A stretch of 64,000 nt of DNA from the NCBI RefSeq assembly GCF_009914755.1, contig NC_060931.1; one strand, 5' to 3'. The stretch comes from the human T2T-CHM13v2.0 reference genome, Homo sapiens. Positions within the stretch are counted from its first letter, which is position 1, and each line of letters starts with the position of its first letter. Below the pieces are notes generated by a model. The model was given only the letters and a program-made list of their open reading frames with translations, was not told the DNA's origin and ran no database searches. The position numbers were made by a program, and so were the translations under genes. Below are positions 14,420 through 29,699 of this stretch, piece by piece.

Positions 14420-15330
14420 ACTGAGTTATGTTGGAGATAACAGTGATGGGTGTGGGTTCTGCATTCAAAGTTTACAGTCTTGTGGGAGAGACAATTTATT
14501 GTGATATGATAATGTGTATTATGAGTGCTCCAGTGGGGAAGTGCAGGCTGTAGTAGGTTCTCATGGGATAACACAAACCCTAATGTGGGGAGGGGGCCAG
14601 AGGGAGCTTTCCAGTGGAAGTGTTGTCTGTGATACCTAAAGGGAGTCCACCAACTGAAGCTGTTCGTGGGAGGGACTGAAGCTGGGGTGTTCCAAGCCCA
14701 AAGCACAGCACACCTACAGTTCTAGAGGTAAGAGAGGACATGGCCATTTTGAGGGGAGCTGGGGAAGTTTTGTGTAATCTGGGATGTAAATGTTAGATGA
14801 GGCGTGGTGAGAAATGAGAAAGAATCTGTTAAAGACTAAGGGAAGATAGAAAGTATTGAAGGGAGTAGTGACTTAATCAACATTGTGTTTTAGTTGGGCT
14901 ATATTTTAGGATGATGACTCTGGAAATAGTGAGAAAATAAATAGGAATGGGAAGGACTGAAGACATTAAGAGATCAACTGGAAGACTGTTATGTAATGCC
15001 TCTGAGAAAGGAAGGTGTCTTGGACTGGGGTAATGACAGGTAGGATTACAAGGAGGAGATGGATTCAGCTTTCTATGGGATGTAGCCAGTAAGACATATA
15101 GGATTAAAGGAATGACAGGTGCTGAGAATGAAGCCCAAGGTTTTAGTTTGGACAAGTGATAGTTGTGATGAAATGACGGTGGAGCAAATGATTTGTGGAT
15201 ATTGTCCAAAGAGGGTGTGAAGTGATGAGCTACGGCTATAAAATGGGTAGGGAAGGAAATAAAGACAAGAAGGGCATCATAAATAAGTAAAAACATCAGA
15301 GGGGTTAATAGTCCATAAGTTTCCTGTTGT
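14420..15330 (-). mobile_element. L2 fragment(s)
   Basis: Long GA-rich degenerate stretch with antisense-L2-like motifs (tattttaggatgatgactctggaa; gaatgaagcccaaggttttagtttgg). Confidence 0.55.
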
Positions 15331-15681
15331 TTCAGAAATAAAACAGGTATAGATATAGTAAATGAAGGGAAAATATGGGAAGAGAAGATGCAGTATGAGA
15401 ATGAGAAATATGAATTTAAGATTTCTGAGTTGGAATAGTCTCAGGGGAGGTAAAGGCTCAAGGTATAGTCATAAGGAAGATGGGTGACTGAAATAGTTTC
15501 TCCTAAACTAAAAGTGCTATAATCAGAAAAGGCTGCATAAAAATTGCCATATATAACAGCTGGGGAAGAGGAGATCTAGAGGTTTGTTTTAATCAAATAT
15601 ATCCAACAATAGGTAAAGCTGGGTTTTTATCAATGTTTCTGGAATTTCAGATGCCTCATTGAAACTTAAAGGGTCAGGAGG

Positions 15682-15997
15682 GGCCAAGTGCAGTGGCTCA
15701 CACCTGTAATCCCAGCACTTCAGGAAGCCAAGGCATGAGGATTGCTTGATTTCAGGAGTTTGAGACAAGCCAGGGCAATATAGTGAAACCCTGACTCCAT
15801 AAAACAAAACAAACACAAAAAAATCATTAGCCAGGCATGGTGGTGCCTGCCTGTAGTCCCAGTTACTTGGGAGGCTGAGGTGGGAAGATAGCTTGAGCCT
15901 AGGAGGTTGGGACTGCAGTGAACTGTGATTGCATCACTGCATTCCAGCATGGGTGACAGAGGGAGACCCTGTCTAAAAAAGAAAAAGAAAAGAAAGA
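15682..15997 (+). mobile_element. AluJ
   Basis: Runs from ggccaagtgcagtggctcacacctgtaatcccagc to gagaccctgtct plus an A/GAAA tail. The diagnostics aggattgcttga and cttgagcctaggagg are J-type. Confidence 0.93.
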
Positions 15998-16649
15998 CAA
16001 ATGGTTTAGGAAGAATAGCCAGTTGGTCTGGTCATCTCGGTTCTTTGCTGCTTTGGCCTAAGGTCAGTCACCTGTTGGGGATGAATGGAATAGTAGTTTG
16101 ATATTCTCTAAGGTGAGGTCCCTGAAATGAATGGAAAAAAAAAATACAGATTTTTTGGAACCAGTCTTCATTACTGTAAGATTCCAAAGAGTCTTCTCCA
16201 TTTAGTCTAGTAGATATACAAAATGATAATTTAAAAAAAGACATATGTCAGTGTCTGTGTATATATAGATACATATGTATATGAAGGAAAGATTAATATC
16301 AAATTATACATGTGTGTTTATTTTTTTCTTAATGCAAGATATAGATCCATTTCCTCTCAATAGTTACCTTTAGGGAGTTATATGAAGTTGAGTGAAAGCA
16401 TATGGGTGAAGAGGACTCCCACTTAATATTCTGTATTCTCTTTTCTGTGTTTTTTTTTCCCATGAAGTGAATTATTTTATTAAATTAAAACAAAAATATT
16501 TTAAAAAGAAAATTATCACGTGATATGGCAAAATATCAGGGTGGGGTACCACCTCTTTAAAGTAGCATTAGAGCTTAGTCACCTGTAGAAGATACTTCAG
16601 GTTATAGGTGGACCAGGACATTCGGCTTCCTTCAGGTTCTGTAGGAGAT

Positions 16650-16831
16650 AGAACCAGCTACATGATTCAGAAAATGGAGGGCAGTGCAGAATGAGAATGC
16701 AGGGTCTCTTGTTAAAATATTATTATGAATTTCAAGAGAACAACAGCAAAGCATTAAGCCAGGCACGGGGGTCCTTCTAAGTACTGGGCTTGCCACAACC
16801 GCGTAGTTTCGCACCCATGATGCTGGGCCTG
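16650..16831 (-). mobile_element. MER91-like hAT relic
   Basis: The reverse complement reads caggcccagcatcatgggtgcg...ttaatgctttgctg...cttgaaattcataataat...attctgcactg...atgtagctggttct, which matches the MER91A layout from memory. Confidence 0.7.
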
Positions 16832-18453
16832 GCTGCAAGCATTGAAGGAGTGGGACTCCATTTCTGGTAAACATAAAGTAATATTCTATACCTATTTTTA
16901 TAATTGTTTTATCAGCAAATTCCAAGAATTCAGGAAAGAAGGAGTTTTTCTGGGCTTGGGCAAATCAGTTGCTATTCTACTCACAAACATGAGAATCTTG
17001 TATAGCTATGTGAAACAATCGCCATGGGCAAGCTCCGGAAGGCAGTGGTTCTCAGCTCTTAGCTGGCCACAGCCAGCAGAAAGCAGGAAGACCTGCTTCC
17101 AGTTTTATCCAAGGCTCAGTACAGCGTGTAGGGGTCCGTCAGAATGAGAGGGGCTGGTGGAAATCCCTCTCTAGCAAGCTGAGAATCAGTACCTGATTTG
17201 CTCCATTTTTTTTTTTTTCAACTAGCCTTTAAGGAGTTAGTGACAAATCCATGCTCCACAGTTTTCCACCAAAAGCTGGATTTTTTCCAGGTCCCTGAGT
17301 TCTGCAGCAAGATACACAAAAATCAAAGGAAATCTCTTCTAAAACACACAGATGCTGTCTTAGAGGGTGAAAATTACATTAAAGTGAACCATAGAAGAGA
17401 GTAGGTGGAGAAATTTGTTCTGCTTTGGAACATTCTTTAATTAAGTATATTTTCCATGGTTCATGAGAACTTGTGAGAACTCCGATTAGAAAATTTAAGG
17501 AAAAAAAGATTCCCACCATCTCAAATTGTCATGAATAATTGATTCATGCCAGTGTGATCATAATAAGATCATACTTCGGATGCTGCCCATCATTCCCTGT
17601 CTTTATGAAAAAGATATTAATATATCATTTATGTGTAGGCCTGTCTTTGCAGGTTATCTTCACGATATTCCTTCAGCATTGCAAAGGCGCTGTCATAATT
17701 ACAAAGGAGACTGATAATGTAGGCAGCAGTGGCAACAACACCACACCCAACGAATGGTGTGATTATTAATAATTACCATTTTCTTCTTATTCTTTGTGAG
17801 TTGGGTTCTTATTATTATGTTTCTCCCATATTCAGTAGATTTTTAATCTTACCAAATGGTTTTGTGTAAAAATATTTACTACAGAACATGGAAGATTAAA
17901 CCCATATTCCTACATATTTAAGTTTTCAGTATTTTAGCCAATTTGTGATAGTTGATTTTTAGTCTAGCTTTACATCTTTTAAATAACAAGAACAAGTCAT
18001 TCAGCATTTTTAATTCAAATACATGTAACTTGTTTTTTGATTTCTAAATAAAAGGTTGTCTTTTAAATTTATTAAATTCAAATATTTTACCCCAATGAAA
18101 CAAAAAAATAGGTATATATCATAAAAATCTTTTTTAAAAAGAGGATTGGAATAATATTGATTTTTGCCATAAAGGCTACATGTGTTTGGACTAATTCAAA
18201 GTAGATGGAACAATTTCAGGCTACAAGAACTTCTGATTATTTCAACATTAAATTTGAAGCTAGTTACCAATCTGGTCCTGGATAGTTGATGTGAAGGGAT
18301 GTTGATATTATATTAATTCCCAGGTGTCACAGAAAATCAAATAGCAGTACCTGAAATTAGTCAATCAGTCATTGTGTGAAACAGTGTTGAGTGTGATATG
18401 GCTGTGACTCTTTATGCCTTCTGCTCCACTTTCTAGCTATGTGATCTCTACTA

Positions 18454-18793
18454 CAGTTGTCCCTTCGGTATCCATGAAGGTTTGGTTCCAGGGCCCCTGA
18501 GCATACCCTAATATTCAGATGCTCAGATGCCTTATATAAAATGGCATGGTATTTGCATATAACCTATGCATATCTTCTAATATACTTTAAATTGTCTCTG
18601 CATTACTTATAATACCTAATACAATGTAAATGCTATGTAAATAGTTGTTATACTATATTGTCTAGGGAATAATTAAAGAAAAAAAGTTTGCACATGGTCC
18701 AGAAGTTACAACCACCTTTCTCCCCCTGCTGGATATTTTTGATTTGTGATTGACTGAATCCACTGATTTGGAACGCATAGACAGAGGGAGCTG
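18454..18793 (+). mobile_element. MER2 (TcMar-Tigger non-autonomous DNA transposon), apparently inserted into a MIR remnant
   Basis: Begins TA|CAGTTGTCCCTTCGGTATCC and contains ttatataaaatggcatggtatttgcatataacct and taatacctaatacaatgtaaatgctatgtaaatagttgttatac. The upstream ccactttctagctatgtga is MIR-core-like. Confidence 0.85.
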
Positions 18794-20289
18794 ATTTTAG
18801 TGTCTTATTTGCCCTTCTAGGTCAGGATTTCCCAGTCTCAGACTGATGTAGAGCTTCTTTTCATTTCTTTGAAATCACATTGATTCTTTAAGTCTAACAG
18901 CCGTACCTGTTTCACTCATTCCACCCTGCACAACATATTGATATACCTTGGACTTTTTTATTATGGAGATCTGCTCCATTCTAAGGTTTTGAAACCAGAA
19001 ATTCACATTCTCATTTCTCCCTGTCCTTTTCCTTAATGATAATTGTGCCTAATCTGCTAATTACGTTCTTTTCCCTTGTAATATCTTATCCGCTTCTTGT
19101 CTTCACCTGACTGTTTTCATGGTCAACTGGAATCTGCAAATGATCTTTCATGATCTCCCTAAATTCCATAATCTTATGGCATTTCTGCCATGCTTATGCT
19201 GAAACTATGGTAACAGACCACACATCGGTCGGTCTTCTCACTTCAGGTTCCCAGCCTGTGGGGCATAGAGGAAGAGTGTTATGTAATGGAAGGATTAATT
19301 ATAGAATAAATATGTGTTCTCTCATCTCAGTTGAAATGTCTCTGCTTCTCAGTTTTTAGTTGGTTTCCATTTTGGGTTCATTATTGCCTTTTGATTTTAT
19401 AACACTTACTGTTCTGTAAGGATTCAGATTATATTCTAGTCCTCTCATTACTGGGTCATTGTAGTTTATATTTAAGCACAGCTCCTGGTAGTCAAATCCA
19501 GTTCTGGTCTACATGCCTGATACCTTAAGCCATCTTGGTCTATGTCCTGGGAGAATTAGTAAATACTACTACAGTAGTGTTTTGAGACTGATAGGTTGTG
19601 TTTCTCATTTAGTGCAGTGGGCTCTTCTCAGTCCTTATTCTATCTGTAGGATTTGACAGGACATGTTTTCTGCTTGAAACTCCCTCCCTATCCTACCACT
19701 CCCCTCACCACTTTCTGCCTCTATAGTTCATGTTGACTCCCTTTCAGTCTCTCAGATGCCACTGGGTTCCTTTCTGCCTCTCGTCGGTCTTTTGCATACC
19801 AGATCTTCCTTCAGGCTTGTCCCTTCAGAAAGGCCTTCCCAGACCCCCATCTACAATGGCTTTTCCTATTTCTCACAACACCCTTTCCTTTTTAGCTGTT
19901 GCCACAATTTGTAATTTATTTGTGCAATTCACATGTCTAATGTCTGCTGGCTCTAAGTTGTACCCCAAGCAATCAGCATAATTCCAGGACCACAGTAAAC
20001 TTTCATTAAGCAAATTTGGATGACTGATTTTAAAAATTGAAATAAATTGATTTTTTTCTCTACTACTTCCTTTCATGAACTTTCGCCATAGCCAAAATAT
20101 GTTATTTGCACCTCTGTCCACTTGTCTAGTATTTTCCTTTTCCCAGGCTTCACTCATGTTACCCATCTCTCCACGTCTCCCGCCCAACAAGCAAGGCTCG
20201 TGTGATTTCTGCCTCATCTGGGACTGGGAGTGTTTAACTGTATCTCTCCTAAAGGACTCATTAATTTCAAAATTGTAATACAGGTGTTT

Positions 20290-20436
20290 ATGACCCTCTT
20301 CTCCATTACTGGACTGAAGGTTCCTTAAGGGTAAGATTGGTGTCTCATTCAGCTCTGTAGACCCCACATCCCTCAGCCCAGGGCCATGCACATAGTTTCC
20401 CCCAAATACATTTATGTTAATTGTTGAATAAATGAA
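20290..20436 (+). mobile_element. L2 3' end
   Basis: ctggactgaaggttccttaagggtaaga...cccagggcc...ttgttgaataaatgaa. Confidence 0.6.
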
Positions 20437-21127
20437 AGTCTTTACCTTTTGACTACATTTAGCGTCTCTGTAGGAGACTGACAGCTTTCAATTAGTTAAG
20501 CTGTGGTAATTTGTTTAAAATGTGGATTGACTATCTTTGCTTCTCTTAAGGAGCTAATTTTCTCAGTCCGCAGTTCATGCATATTAAAGGATGTTTTTAT
20601 TAGTAATATTAACAATGTTATTACCATAGCTTTTTACAGTTAATGAAGTTTTTCATATATTGATCTAACCTGGGCTATCAGCAGCTCAAGCATATGGGAT
20701 GAGTATCACTATTATTTATCTATAAGACTGAGCTCAGAAAAGTCAAGCAACTGACCTGGGGCCATGCAGCTAATATCTTGATTTTTCAGCATACACCCTT
20801 AACCCTAGAGTGATTCTCAAATGGAGAGTGGGGTAGAGATAAGGGTAGGGAAGGGACTTTGTGATGTATGTGGTCCTCTAGAGAGTGTTAGAATCATAGG
20901 AGAGGAGACAGTTGTTCCAAGTTATAACCTTATTCCAAGCTCCCAATTCTAGTCCACTTTCCTAGTTGAAAATTACTGCTCTTTTACCACTAGTATTAAT
21001 AAGACTGCATTCTGCCCTTGTGTTGGCAAGAGAAAAGTTGGAAAAATTGCAGTATACTATACTCCTTCAGAACTTCATCTTTGTTGTGCTAAATTCAAAA
21101 CAGTTCTTGGGCTTAATACATAAATAT

Positions 21128-21200
21128 TATATATATATACACACACACATATATATATATATACACACACACATATATATACACACATATATATATATAT
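21128..21200. repeat. Compound (TA)n(CA)n microsatellite
   Basis: Alternating TA and CA blocks read directly. Confidence 0.95.
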
Positions 21201-23253
21201 TTGACATCTTAGAAAAAAGGCATTTTTATTCTTTAATACCATTTACTTATTGCCTCCTGGAGAACTTGGTCTCATTCCAATGGATAGGTAGAGAATCAGC
21301 ATATGCCATTTTTAATGTGCGGTAAATATGCATTTTCCTTCTGCAGCAAGACAAAATCTTGATAACTGAAACCAATGATATGAGGTGGGGAAGGCATTAT
21401 GATTCTATAGTCATATCCTTTTGTGTGAAATAATGGTTCTCATCTCTTTATCTTGGCTTAAAATATGTACTGATGTGCAGAACCCACCCCAGACCAATGA
21501 ATTTAGAATCATTAGGGGTAGGGCTTGGGCATTTGTGAGCCCCCATGTAATCCTGAAGTGCAGCACAGATTGAGTATTAAGGTTTTTGATTGAAAATATT
21601 GCCCTGAAACAAAGTTAGTAAAATAAGGTGAATATTAGTCACTTATCTGAATACTTAAAGACCTTGTTTCAGAAAGTGGTTTCTTACAGTTATGACTGAT
21701 GGCCCACAGGAACTGATAGGTATGGCTCTCTGTTTGGGATAGTGTGTGTTTTGGCTCCTTGGCTTAACCCTTAGCTCTTTTTGGAAGTTGGTTTTTCAAG
21801 AGATGTCATCATTGTTCAGAATGTGTTTCTTACTTGTAGTTTTACTCTGTAACACTTTTACCTAAGCTTTATAATATTACAAAAGAATGATTATAATTTG
21901 CACAGGTAGTCTGGCTAAATGGTACAGTGAAAGCACTTCAAAATCTTTCAGGTGTAATCATAAGAAATTATTTATCTTAGGATTCTTGATATATTACATC
22001 GAAATCAAGGTTTATGTTATAATTGAGTAAAGTTTTCAAGGATGAAAACTATTTTGCCTATTTTTTTCTGAAGAATTACAAACACCTGCTTCTTTCATCT
22101 TCCTTTGACACTCTGTTCCTGAATTGGAGTAAGCTGTGTTTTTTAGTTAAAAATTTCTGGAATAAGCAGTCTTCCAATCAAGTGTTTGTAGATATATTGG
22201 AAATAATGTCTCCTTAACTATTATAGCTAGAGTTTGTTCTTGGCGTAAAGCAAAGTCTCTTATAATAGCGATACAGTTTACCTAAGAGTCATATTAATAA
22301 GTAAAAAAAAGATCAGCTTTTTGAATAATATATAAATTCATATGGTATCAGTGGTATCTAGGCATTTGGGACAATACATAATTAGTTTCAGTTCCCTTTG
22401 AGAGGGAGATGTGGATGTTAAAATAAATTGCTGATGAAGCATATACTTTGGAGAACAGTGTATTTCAAAACTGTGCAATATCAGCTTTTTCTTTCAATGG
22501 TATGGAAATATAGCATAAGACTAAGAAGATTTATTAGGGGCAGCTTTAAGCCATTCTTACTGTATAAAAGTTCATAGTTTGCTCATTTAGGAGTAGTTAC
22601 CAAAACAAAGATAATAGCAAATATTTATAGGCCTGCTAGGAAAACATTGCATCTATACAACTTTTGGCACCATTATGGTCAATAAGCCAATAATAATTAT
22701 TTGCTTGTGTAAGAATAATCTGTATCACAATATTTAAGCATTTAATAGGGTTTGGTCATTTAATTATTAAAAGTTACTCTTTTATTAAAAAATGAGTCAT
22801 GGACTTACTCCAGAAAAACTAGCACTCACAAAGTAGGAAAACTTATCATTGTGAAATAAATATGTGCTGAGAAAGAGTAGAAGGAGCATAGCTTGTAATA
22901 AGTTGATTTTATTAAGTAAAAGTGAAGAAACTGCCTCTGTGGAAGGAACTATTTAGCTACCAGGAATAAATATCATAAACTAAACTGTTCTTGCAGAGCA
23001 TAATTCTAATCACTCTCACATTGAGGGAGTTCCTTCAATGGCTTTAGTGTTTCTGTGGAAACTAATTAGGATACCACATACACAGTCCATGTAGTATAAG
23101 ACCATATGTAAGCACAGTTTACCATATACTCTGGATTTTTTGGAGACACACAAACAAAATACGCTCTCTTCTTATTTTTTGCATAATTTTGTGAAGTCTT
23201 TACTCTGAAATTGATGAAGGTTATCACCGTTACCTTAAATATGTTTGAAACTA

Positions 23254-23599
<346 letters not shown>

Positions 23600-24616
23600 C
23601 TAAAATATGCAGCCCATTACTTAGCTAAGGATTCGCCACTCCTCATTTATTATCTTCCTCCGGTTTGCTTATTTTGATAAACATTGGGTTCACAATCAGT
23701 TCCTTGTCCTCATTAAGCCTAGAGGAAATGAGGGGTTTGTTGTAACACTCACTGGGAAGAAGTCTTCAATTTTGTTTGTTTGTGTTATGACATCTACAGT
23801 GTTAAAGTAAAAATATTTAAATGATACAGTTCACAGAGTACATACTTAATGTGCCAAAAGCACAAATGTGTGGGAGTGTTCATTTTCTGAATTTTTCTTT
23901 TTACTAAAAATGAACAAACATAAGACCAACTATTACTTCTTGAGCCTAAAAAACAAAATTAGATAACTAAGCTCTCAGAGTCAGAATCTACAGCTCTGGT
24001 ATGACTGAGTAGGTGTGATCATAGCCTGGTCAGTAATAATGACAGATTTTAGTGTCCATTTTAGTGTATGAAACACTAAATTACAGTAAATTGAAAAATG
24101 GGTGGTTTATAGTCCTAGAATAGTATTTCTCAGAGAGCAAATAAGACATTAAATCATTTGGGGATGGTTTTATTCTTCCTCTTAATTGAAGGTGTAGTGT
24201 CATTTTCACATCTTTGTTCATTAATACAAATATGAAAATATTTGTGAAAGTCCTCTTGGAAGACAGGCTCATTATCATGTGCATCTCCAGTTTGGACATA
24301 TCTGCATGATATTGTTTTGGCATACAACATTAAAACTTAGTCTTTTGGAAAATGCCATAAAGAAGTTTCATTATTCAGATAACTTAATTTCAACTTAGAG
24401 AGTTTCCAGTTAGTCAGGCCTATTGCAGTCCACTCTAGTGTGCCTTGGGAAATAACTGCTGAAATTTCACACACATAATGATTATGTAGGAAGACTTTGG
24501 AATAAGTGGAGGCGTCAGTGACTATAGATACAAACATAGAATGGTGCTTTAAAAAAAATAATGGAAGATACACCTGTGGTAAGCCAATTATCTTGACTCC
24601 CACATTCTAAATAGAC

Positions 24617-24617
<1 letters not shown>

Positions 24618-24653
<36 letters not shown>
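24618..24653. repeat. (AAT)12 microsatellite
   Basis: Direct reading. Confidence 0.95.
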
Positions 24654-24654
<1 letters not shown>

Positions 24655-24779
24655 GGACTGGAGGAAAAGTGAAAATAAAAGAATGGCTAAAAGTGTACCT
24701 TTCTCGTCAGCCACTTCCTATTTAATAGGAGTGAGGTGCTTAGTTAGACATTGTAAAGGTGCAGGCAGCACATAACACC

Positions 24780-25020
24780 AGTGTATAGTGAAAGACTATA
24801 TGCACCTAGAGAAGGTGAGGTGTGGAGCTCTGTGATTCGGATACTAATCCTCACTAAAACTCATTCACTGTGGGACACTGGGTGAGTCACTTTGTCTTTT
24901 AGCTTAAACTTTTGCATCTTTGAAATGTACTTGGAGAAAATCCCTTTTCTCACTACCTCACGGGGTTGGTGAAGGGTCAAATATGAAAATCGAAATGGAA
25001 ATATTTTGTTAAGTCTCAAA
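24780..25020 (+). mobile_element. MIR fragment
   Basis: MIR core: tcactgtgggacactgggtgagtcactt...ctacctcacggggttggtgaagggtcaaat. Confidence 0.6.
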
Positions 25021-26311
25021 GTCTCTAGATGGATATGAGTCACACAGAGTGATGAGAATAACCAGCACTTGGTTAAAGGAAGAAGTACAGGGCCATTGTG
25101 AGTTATGCCATGGAAAGCATAGAACCTCTTCCTTACTGCGTTTTCAGGCTGATCCAGAGATGCTAAGCAGAGAACCAGGGAGAAAAGTAGAGCTTGACCC
25201 CTGGATCCTCTCACTGATTATCCAAGAGTAAGTGGGAAAGAGTCCAGTAGGTGTACCATGGCCTTTTTTTAATATAGTCTTAAAAAACCCCGCAAACACA
25301 TATCAAAAGGGATTTCTACATATGAGGAAATGAGCCACTGCACTGAATAGACCCCTTTTATTTCAAAATTAATTTTCACTTTTAAATATAATGAAAGATC
25401 TCAATCAGAAAAATATGCACAAGAATATTATAAGTACCAATGTCCCAGACACTCAGATTTAATAAGTGTTAACATTTTTCCAAATTTTCTGGAGTTTTTG
25501 TTTGCCTCTTAGGAAATAAAACATATTTTGTTCAACATGCAGATTCAATATGTATATTCTATGATTTTTGAAATCCCACTTAAATGATAGTAAATTAATA
25601 ATACATTTTAAAAAGGTACACATTTAAAGAGAGGCACAGACAAGGAAACAATAGTGGATCAAATATGTGAAGACATTTCTTCAAGACGGCAAGTAGATGG
25701 AGAAATAATAACTAATTTTATGGTTCTGAAAATCTGGAACCTAAATGTCAGTATGACACAAAACACAGTACTACCCCAAAAGGCTCAAGATTTGGAGGAC
25801 CCAAGGCTCTTGGAAGATGGGATGAAATTTAGACCTGAGAAGAAGAGTGTGCAAGATTTAGAATATCAGGTTTCCTCCGCACCACCCCTGCCTGCTCTGG
25901 GCACTAGGCATAGCAGAGCAAGCATGGGAGTGTCATACTAAACACCGGGTGCTCAGTGAAATTGACTGCCTAAAGGATGAGACACAATCCTTTCCCCCCA
26001 CAACACATGAACACTCCTAACCTCTTTCTCTCTTGATCAATGATGGCCATGAACCAGAGATTACGAATTAGAGAACATGTTAGTTTTCATATTCTCTTTT
26101 ATTCCCTAGTTCTTTAACTCAAAGCAAAGAAAGGAAGAGATTTAATCTTACCTCCTCCTGGTTGCCATTGTCACTAGTAGCAGCCCTGAGCTCCTGACAC
26201 CAGGCTGAAAGCAGAGGGGATTATGACACTAGTATAGTTAATAATTGTTGGCAGTAGGTAGACAGAAAAGTGCTCAATCACTTTTCTCATATACTTTACT
26301 CATATACTCCT

Positions 26312-26693
26312 TATATGAGTCCATTCTTACACTGCTATAAGAAAATACCTGAACCTGGGTAATTTATAAAGAAAAGAGGTATAGTTTTCTCATGCATATG
26401 CATGCTGTACAGAAAGCACTGCTGGGGAGGCCTCAGAAAACTCACAATCATGGTGGAAGGTGAAGGGGAAACAGGCACATAATTACATGGCCAGAGCATG
26501 AGGAAGAGAGCAAAGGAGGAGGTGCTACACACTTTTAAACAAGAAGATCTCATGAGAACTCACTATCATGAGAATAGCAAGGGGGAAATTTGCCCCCATG
26601 ATCCTATCACCTCCCATTAGACCCGCTCCTACAACACTGGAGATTACAATTTAACATGAGATTTGGGCAGGGACACAAATCCAAACCATGTCA
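26312..26693 (-). mobile_element. ERVL-MaLR solo LTR (THE1D/MSTA-like), 382 bp
   Basis: tatatgagtccattctt...ctgggtaatttataaagaaaagagg...caaaccatgtca, with a perfect 5-bp TSD CTCCT at 26307-26311 and 26694-26698. Confidence 0.9.
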
Positions 26694-28373
26694 CTCCTGC
26701 AGGTTAATTTCACTCTAACTGAATGTTTCTATTGAAGATATCATACCTTCCACCCTCTCTTACTTGTTTCTCTAGAAAAAGAAGAAAATTTTAATAATGA
26801 TGTTGATAAATATTATTTAGATGACTTAGATTCTGAATTGCAAGGCATAATGAAGTGGGTTCTTACATAGATTCTTTCCAGATTTTTTTCTAGATATCAT
26901 GTCATATACACATTGTTTTTCTACATGTTGACAATAAATCAGGGATCTATACTCTTGTAATTTAAAGATAGCGAAGGTGATCAGAGATCAGTGTGTTCAA
27001 CCTCTGTGTTTCTCAATGGACAAATTGAAGCAGAGAAGTAAGTAGTTTGCCCAAGAATACTCAGATAGTGGCAGAACCGGAGCTGCAACTTTTGAAAATG
27101 ATCTTTGATAATCAATGAGAATATGTAGTAACCACTTGCAATTTGTAAACCATGATATGGGATTTGAAAGGCTATATTAATAGAAAATAATTACTTGAAA
27201 TTAATGGGAGTTTTTAAGTTCCCAGATATATAGACATTTAATTCACTGTCAAGTTGCCCATTTTGTTCTCCCATAAGGGTTTGCCTTTATGATAAAAACT
27301 GCCCTTGGTCATCATTCTAACCGTCCATGTTTCCAGTATTAGAATTATGATTCTCCAGTGAAGTGCATAAGGCAGGAGACATAAGAATCTCTGGAGGAGG
27401 AGTCTGTTTTTTTTGAACCACACAGGATATTACTAGAGGATGTGCAGTGCTCAGATAAACTCTGTGGAGTTGGAAAAAGGTTGAGAACTACTGCTAGAGA
27501 ATTATGTGTTTTAACCGAGTAAAGGAACCAGATTTACGAAATTAGACAAAAATATGAAGTTAGATACAAATCAGAGTGATAGTGTCATTTCTAAAATCTG
27601 AGCAGATTCATAAGAATGGCAACATGATTCCCTCACAACTGTTCATTTCATTATTAAAGAGCATCAAATCATTCATACTATTCTTTCTAGCCTAAGAACA
27701 ATTTTCACTCAATTTCAATATAAATAAGTTTGTATATTTCAGAGAAATGAATGTATGTGTTTCTTTCTTGGAAAGTAATTAAAGTATAAAATTTCTGAAA
27801 GTGTTTTCTAATATTCCAAATTGTGGTTGTATTTTACATTTATATACAGTTGATGGCCCCTTTATGTAACTTCAAAGAACCTTTTATTGGGAGTGCCTCA
27901 GTTTGCAGTAAATATTTAAGCCAATTTCTGGTCAGTTATACTGAGAGTGGTCTTATAAATGAATAATTTATAATGGTAATGGCGTATATGGTAAATAAGC
28001 ACAATATTTGGAAGACTATTGCTGGGAATGGTTTATGGAAGTACATTCTGTGATTTTTCTAATATATTTGTTAATGTTTATAATTTGAATTAGGTAATAA
28101 ATATACATCCAGAGGACAGTGTGTGTATTATCTAGCCACACTGGCTTTCCATAAGGTCAGCAAATGTGCTGAGCCTTGTTCGGCTTCAGGGCTTTGCAGG
28201 TGTTGTTAGTCTGGTCTGAGACTCTGTTGCTCCTTGTCTTTGTGAGGGCCCTTCCCCTTCAGATCTTTGTTGAAATGCCATTCCTTGCTATCCAAACTAA
28301 AAAATTTCCCTTGATATTCTCTCTGCCAGTAGTACTTTTATACTAGTTGCCATAATTTAAAATTGTGCATCTA

Positions 28374-28729
<356 letters not shown>

Positions 28730-29225
28730 TAGCACTGTGTCTGGTACTTTCTAGATAAATGTCCGGTAAAAGAATGCATAATATAAATAAAACATAATTT
28801 TATATATAATGGGTATTTCAACTTCCTGTTTTTCTTCAAGTGCTGAAATCTTTTTATTGTTCTATTTTTTTATTAGCTCCATGTATTATTCATGGTTTTT
28901 GTCTACTGTTGGAATACAGAATTATATTTTTCTAACTATTGATGAAATTAATGTGAGGTCTATGGTGATGAATACATTTGACATTGTCATTTTTCCAACT
29001 AATTTGAATTAGAAATAATAATTGGCCTTATGAATTATGTGCATGGGATGGTTTATAGGGGTTTGAAAGAGGCAGACACTTGCTACAGGTTTTAAAAATC
29101 ATCAGGGTTAAGTATAAGAAGCATTATATCTGGGAAGTACAGGGAAAGGCAATTGCATTATTTTTCTTAATTTGCTTTTCTAGGTAAGCAATATGTACTT
29201 ATTAAGATTTTATTTAAACAATTGA

Positions 29226-29699
<474 letters not shown>

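Noticed and set aside
19873-20391. 172-aa minus-strand ORF (also 2222-2632, 13207-13599, 14877-15296, 53943-54323)
   Set aside because: No recognisable domain. They overlap L2/MIR relics or low-complexity tracts, and their lengths are compatible with chance.
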